From the IMG/VR virus record IMGVR_UViG_3300042465_000494, positions 1 to 55,925 of that record: DNA of 55,925 nt; one strand, 5' to 3'. Positions 53,542 to 55,925 of the stretch are shown here, one piece after another. Each line of letters begins with the position of its first letter. The first letter of the stretch is position 1. This stretch comes from a virus (taxonomy: Duplodnaviria; Caudoviricetes). The translations under genes and the position numbers were made by a program. The notes beneath the pieces were generated by a model. That model ran no database searches and was not told the DNA's origin. It saw only the letters and a program-made list of their open reading frames with translations.

Positions 53542-54615
53542 TTAGCAGGCTCCGCCAGCACGCTTTTTGGTTGCGGGTGCGACAGTCACGGACTTTTCAG
53601 TCTTGGTGATTGCCTTTGGCTCTTTGTCAGAGACCGCCCCCATACCAATCATGCGCTTTGCGCCTTGATACAGCCGCTTTGGTGCGCCGAGAATCATTTC
53701 CCGCATTGCTTCGTTGTCGGCACGCTCTGCATCCTTTTCAGCCTGCATACGCGCACTCTCACGAGCAATGATCGGGTCATAGTCACTCTCAGCACCGCCA
53801 CCAGCTTGCATCTTGCGGACGCCGCCGCCTTGCTTGAATGATCCAGAAAGTCTGCTGATGCTCACAGGTTTCGATGGAGGTTTATTCCCTTGTGGCATCT
53901 TTTGAGGACGACCGTCATCTTGGACTAAGCCGCCCTCAGCATACTTTTTTGGAGCACCGCCCTTCTTGTAGCCGCCAGCATTGCCCTTGGTAACTTCACC
54001 AGTTGTAGTGCCAGTCACGCCGGGTTTGGCCGTAGCAACTTTGGAAGTTTGGACACCTCCGCCGAAGGCGTACTTGCCAATCTTGCCGCCTTTTTTGAAG
54101 CCGCCAGCGTTGCCAAGTTTTACGCCACCAGTCACAGCCGGGGAGTTGTCAGGACGAGCGGTAACCACGTCGGAGGTTTTAACGCCGCCGCCGTAGGCAT
54201 AACCGCCAGCATTGCCCATCACCACGCCGCCAGTTTTCAAGCCTTTGTGGCCTTTACTTGCTGGCTTGCCTTCATGAGACTTCAGTTCTTTTTCAAGACC
54301 CTTCATCTTTGTCATTTCAGCTTTGTGCGTGGCTTTAGACTCGCCGCCTGCCTTCATGGCTGGAGGCATAGCAAAAGCGGCCTTGGGGGCCATTGCTTTT
54401 TTACGCTTTGCCATGGAGGGCTTTTTAGGAGCCACTGCCATGTCCATACCGCCACGAGGAGCACCCAAAGAACCCTTCATGGAGGAGTAGGCTGGGATTT
54501 CATCCCCAGTCATGCTACCGCCCATGGCTTTCTTTACAGCGCCACCTTTTTTGAGCTTCAGTTCGACTGTAGGCTCAGTGGTCATCATTTTGACCATTGG
54601 TTTGAATTGGCCCAT
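53542..54615 (-). CDS. Basic low-complexity protein with about 11 xxxGG motifs, 357 aa
   Basis: K/G/A/M-rich, probably disordered; AAGGAG RBS. Confidence 0.75.
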   Translation of the reverse strand: MGQFKPMVKMMTTEPTVELKLKKGGAVKKAMGGSMTGDEIPAYSSMKGSLGAPRGGMDMAVAPKKPSMAKRKKAMAPKAAFAMPPAMKAGGESKATHKAEMTKMKGLEKELKSHEGKPASKGHKGLKTGGVVMGNAGGYAYGGGVKTSDVVTARPDNSPAVTGGVKLGNAGGFKKGGKIGKYAFGGGVQTSKVATAKPGVTGTTTGEVTKGNAGGYKKGGAPKKYAEGGLVQDDGRPQKMPQGNKPPSKPVSISRLSGSFKQGGGVRKMQAGGGAESDYDPIIARESARMQAEKDAERADNEAMREMILGAPKRLYQGAKRMIGMGAVSDKEPKAITKTEKSVTVAPATKKRAGGAC

Positions 54616-54617
54616 GA

Positions 54618-55307
54618 TTAACGCTCCTTCGCAACGAAGATGTAGTCAACCGTCATGGTCTTTGCAACTGCTTCACCGTTTTGAATGGCAAAGCTGACAG
54701 TCAAATCTTCATCGTCTGGAAGGTTGGTTGTCACGGTAGTGCCAGCCACAACGCCATTCACACAGTATTCCATCACGGAGCCACCGTTGTAGTTGAAGCC
54801 CAAAGTAATGAACGTGTCATCAGCCATGGTTGCAACTGTGGTGGTGGTGGCAGTGCCGTTCTTTTCAACCAATAAGCTCACCGAGGTGGAGCCATCTGCC
54901 TTCAAGAAAAACACGCCATCCGAGACATCCAGAGGTGAAGTGTCGGTGATTTGGAGACCGATTGCCAAATCAGATTGGGTAGCATCGCTGACCTTGAAAC
55001 GAGCTTCAAAAAACAGCTTTTTACCAGAGGCAAAGCGAAATGACTCGCCTTTTTTCTGGATGGCAACCAAATCGTTGTCGGCAGCGGTGTTGGTGATCAG
55101 CAGCAAGCCGCCGTCACCGTCAGTCAGGGCTTGTGTAGCGCCTGCGTCAGTTTCAGTCACTGTCCAGTCGCTTGATTGGTAGTAGTCAAAGTCCTCCATG
55201 TATGCATGGAACTTGGTTGGCGAGGGCATGCCCAAGTCAGCCAAAGAATTCAACTCGCTCACGTTTGTCAAGCCAAATGGAAAGCGTGTGTTGGTAATAT
55301 CAGCCAT
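54618..55307 (-). CDS. Putative minor capsid/structural protein, 229 aa
   Basis: Directly after the capsid gene; beta-sandwich-like; AGGAG RBS. Confidence 0.65.
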   Translation of the reverse strand: MADITNTRFPFGLTNVSELNSLADLGMPSPTKFHAYMEDFDYYQSSDWTVTETDAGATQALTDGDGGLLLITNTAADNDLVAIQKKGESFRFASGKKLFFEARFKVSDATQSDLAIGLQITDTSPLDVSDGVFFLKADGSTSVSLLVEKNGTATTTTVATMADDTFITLGFNYNGGSVMEYCVNGVVAGTTVTTNLPDDEDLTVSFAIQNGEAVAKTMTVDYIFVAKER

Positions 55308-55329
55308 TGTCTTTTCTCCTTGTAACGCA

Positions 55330-55343
55330 GGGGCCGAAGCCCC
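55330..55343 (-). promoter_or_regulatory. UUCG hairpin after the capsid gene (no U-tract)
   Basis: GGGGC-TTCG-GCCCC, same stem as at 53518-53531. Confidence 0.55.
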
Positions 55344-55352
55344 CGCTTGGGT

Positions 55353-55925
55353 TTAGACGCCGGGAGTACCGTACATCGCACGAGGATCAGTGAAGCCCAC
55401 GTCGTAACGCTCGGTAGCCTTGTAGCGCATGGAGTCGGTTTCGAAGTCGCCTTCCATGGTCTTTTCCAGCTTGCGGCGCATCATGAGCTTCATGCCTTCT
55501 GGCGCGTCGGTCTGCACCCACCATGCGGTAGGAGAAGTCAGACGGCTGATGATGGCAGCGCCCTCGTCCAGCAAACCAATCGACTTGATTGGGTTGATGT
55601 CGTTGTTGGCGTTGCCTGCACGCAGCACAGACTTCAGCAGAACTTCGGCTTGCAATTCGTTGCCGGGGGCCACCACCAATTGGCGGGGAACCAGACGAAT
55701 TTTCTTGCCGTTGTTGTCCACAGCTTGGCGGATCTGGATCAGCATCTGCTCAAGCGATGTCTGAGACAGGTTCGCGGCGGTGGTCAGCAAGTTGCTGAAA
55801 GTGCCGTTCACGATGGGGTGAGAGGCGGAGTTCAGTTGAACGCCGTCACCACCGGGGTACGAGCTGTTGAAAGCGCGGTTCAGCACGTTGGCCGACAGAG
55901 TCTCTTTGGTCTCAATCAGGGACTG
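55353..55925 (-). CDS. Major capsid protein, C-terminal part
   Basis: In frame with 1-469; P..LVV.P...A..L, L..P.AWW, R...GF.DPR capsid motifs. Confidence 0.88.
   Translation of the reverse strand, partial: QSLIETKETLSANVLNRAFNSSYPGGDGVQLNSASHPIVNGTFSNLLTTAANLSQTSLEQMLIQIRQAVDNNGKKIRLVPRQLVVAPGNELQAEVLLKSVLRAGNANNDINPIKSIGLLDEGAAIISRLTSPTAWWVQTDAPEGMKLMMRRKLEKTMEGDFETDSMRYKATERYDVGFTDPRAMYGTPGV
55799..55925. repeat. Terminal direct repeat copy (matches 1-127)
   Basis: Exact sequence identity. Confidence 0.97.

Overview
The window is an apparently complete, circularly assembled tailed-phage genome of about 55.8 kb. Bases 1-127 exactly repeat 55799-55925, and the major capsid gene runs across that join. 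The architecture is podovirus-like (P22/T7-type): small and large terminase, two giant multidomain 'polyvalent' proteins, portal, GroES-like co-chaperonin, scaffold, capsid, adaptors, tail fibre, a lysis cassette, tail proteins and three ejection proteins, the last with a lytic transglycosylase. A divergent early region carries a tRNA-CAT, a Cro-like gene, a DUF1376 initiator, RusA- and Ref-like nucleases, an SSB-like protein and an exonuclease. I saw no integrase, CI repressor, DNA polymerase or CRISPR array. A Gram-negative, probably betaproteobacterial, host is an inference only. The most notable observations: (1) an acyl carrier protein plus an atypical ketosynthase in the virion operon just before the ejection genes; (2) an [FYMLK]-x-x-G-G-x-[VI]-type peptide tag repeated about 25 times at module boundaries of several late proteins, suggesting a processing or packaging signal; (3) a cluster of structured non-coding elements after terL; (4) TonB-box-like repeats in an ejection protein; (5) a TAAC-N3-GTTA operator overlapping early promoters. 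All family assignments come from motif recognition by eye; no database search was run.
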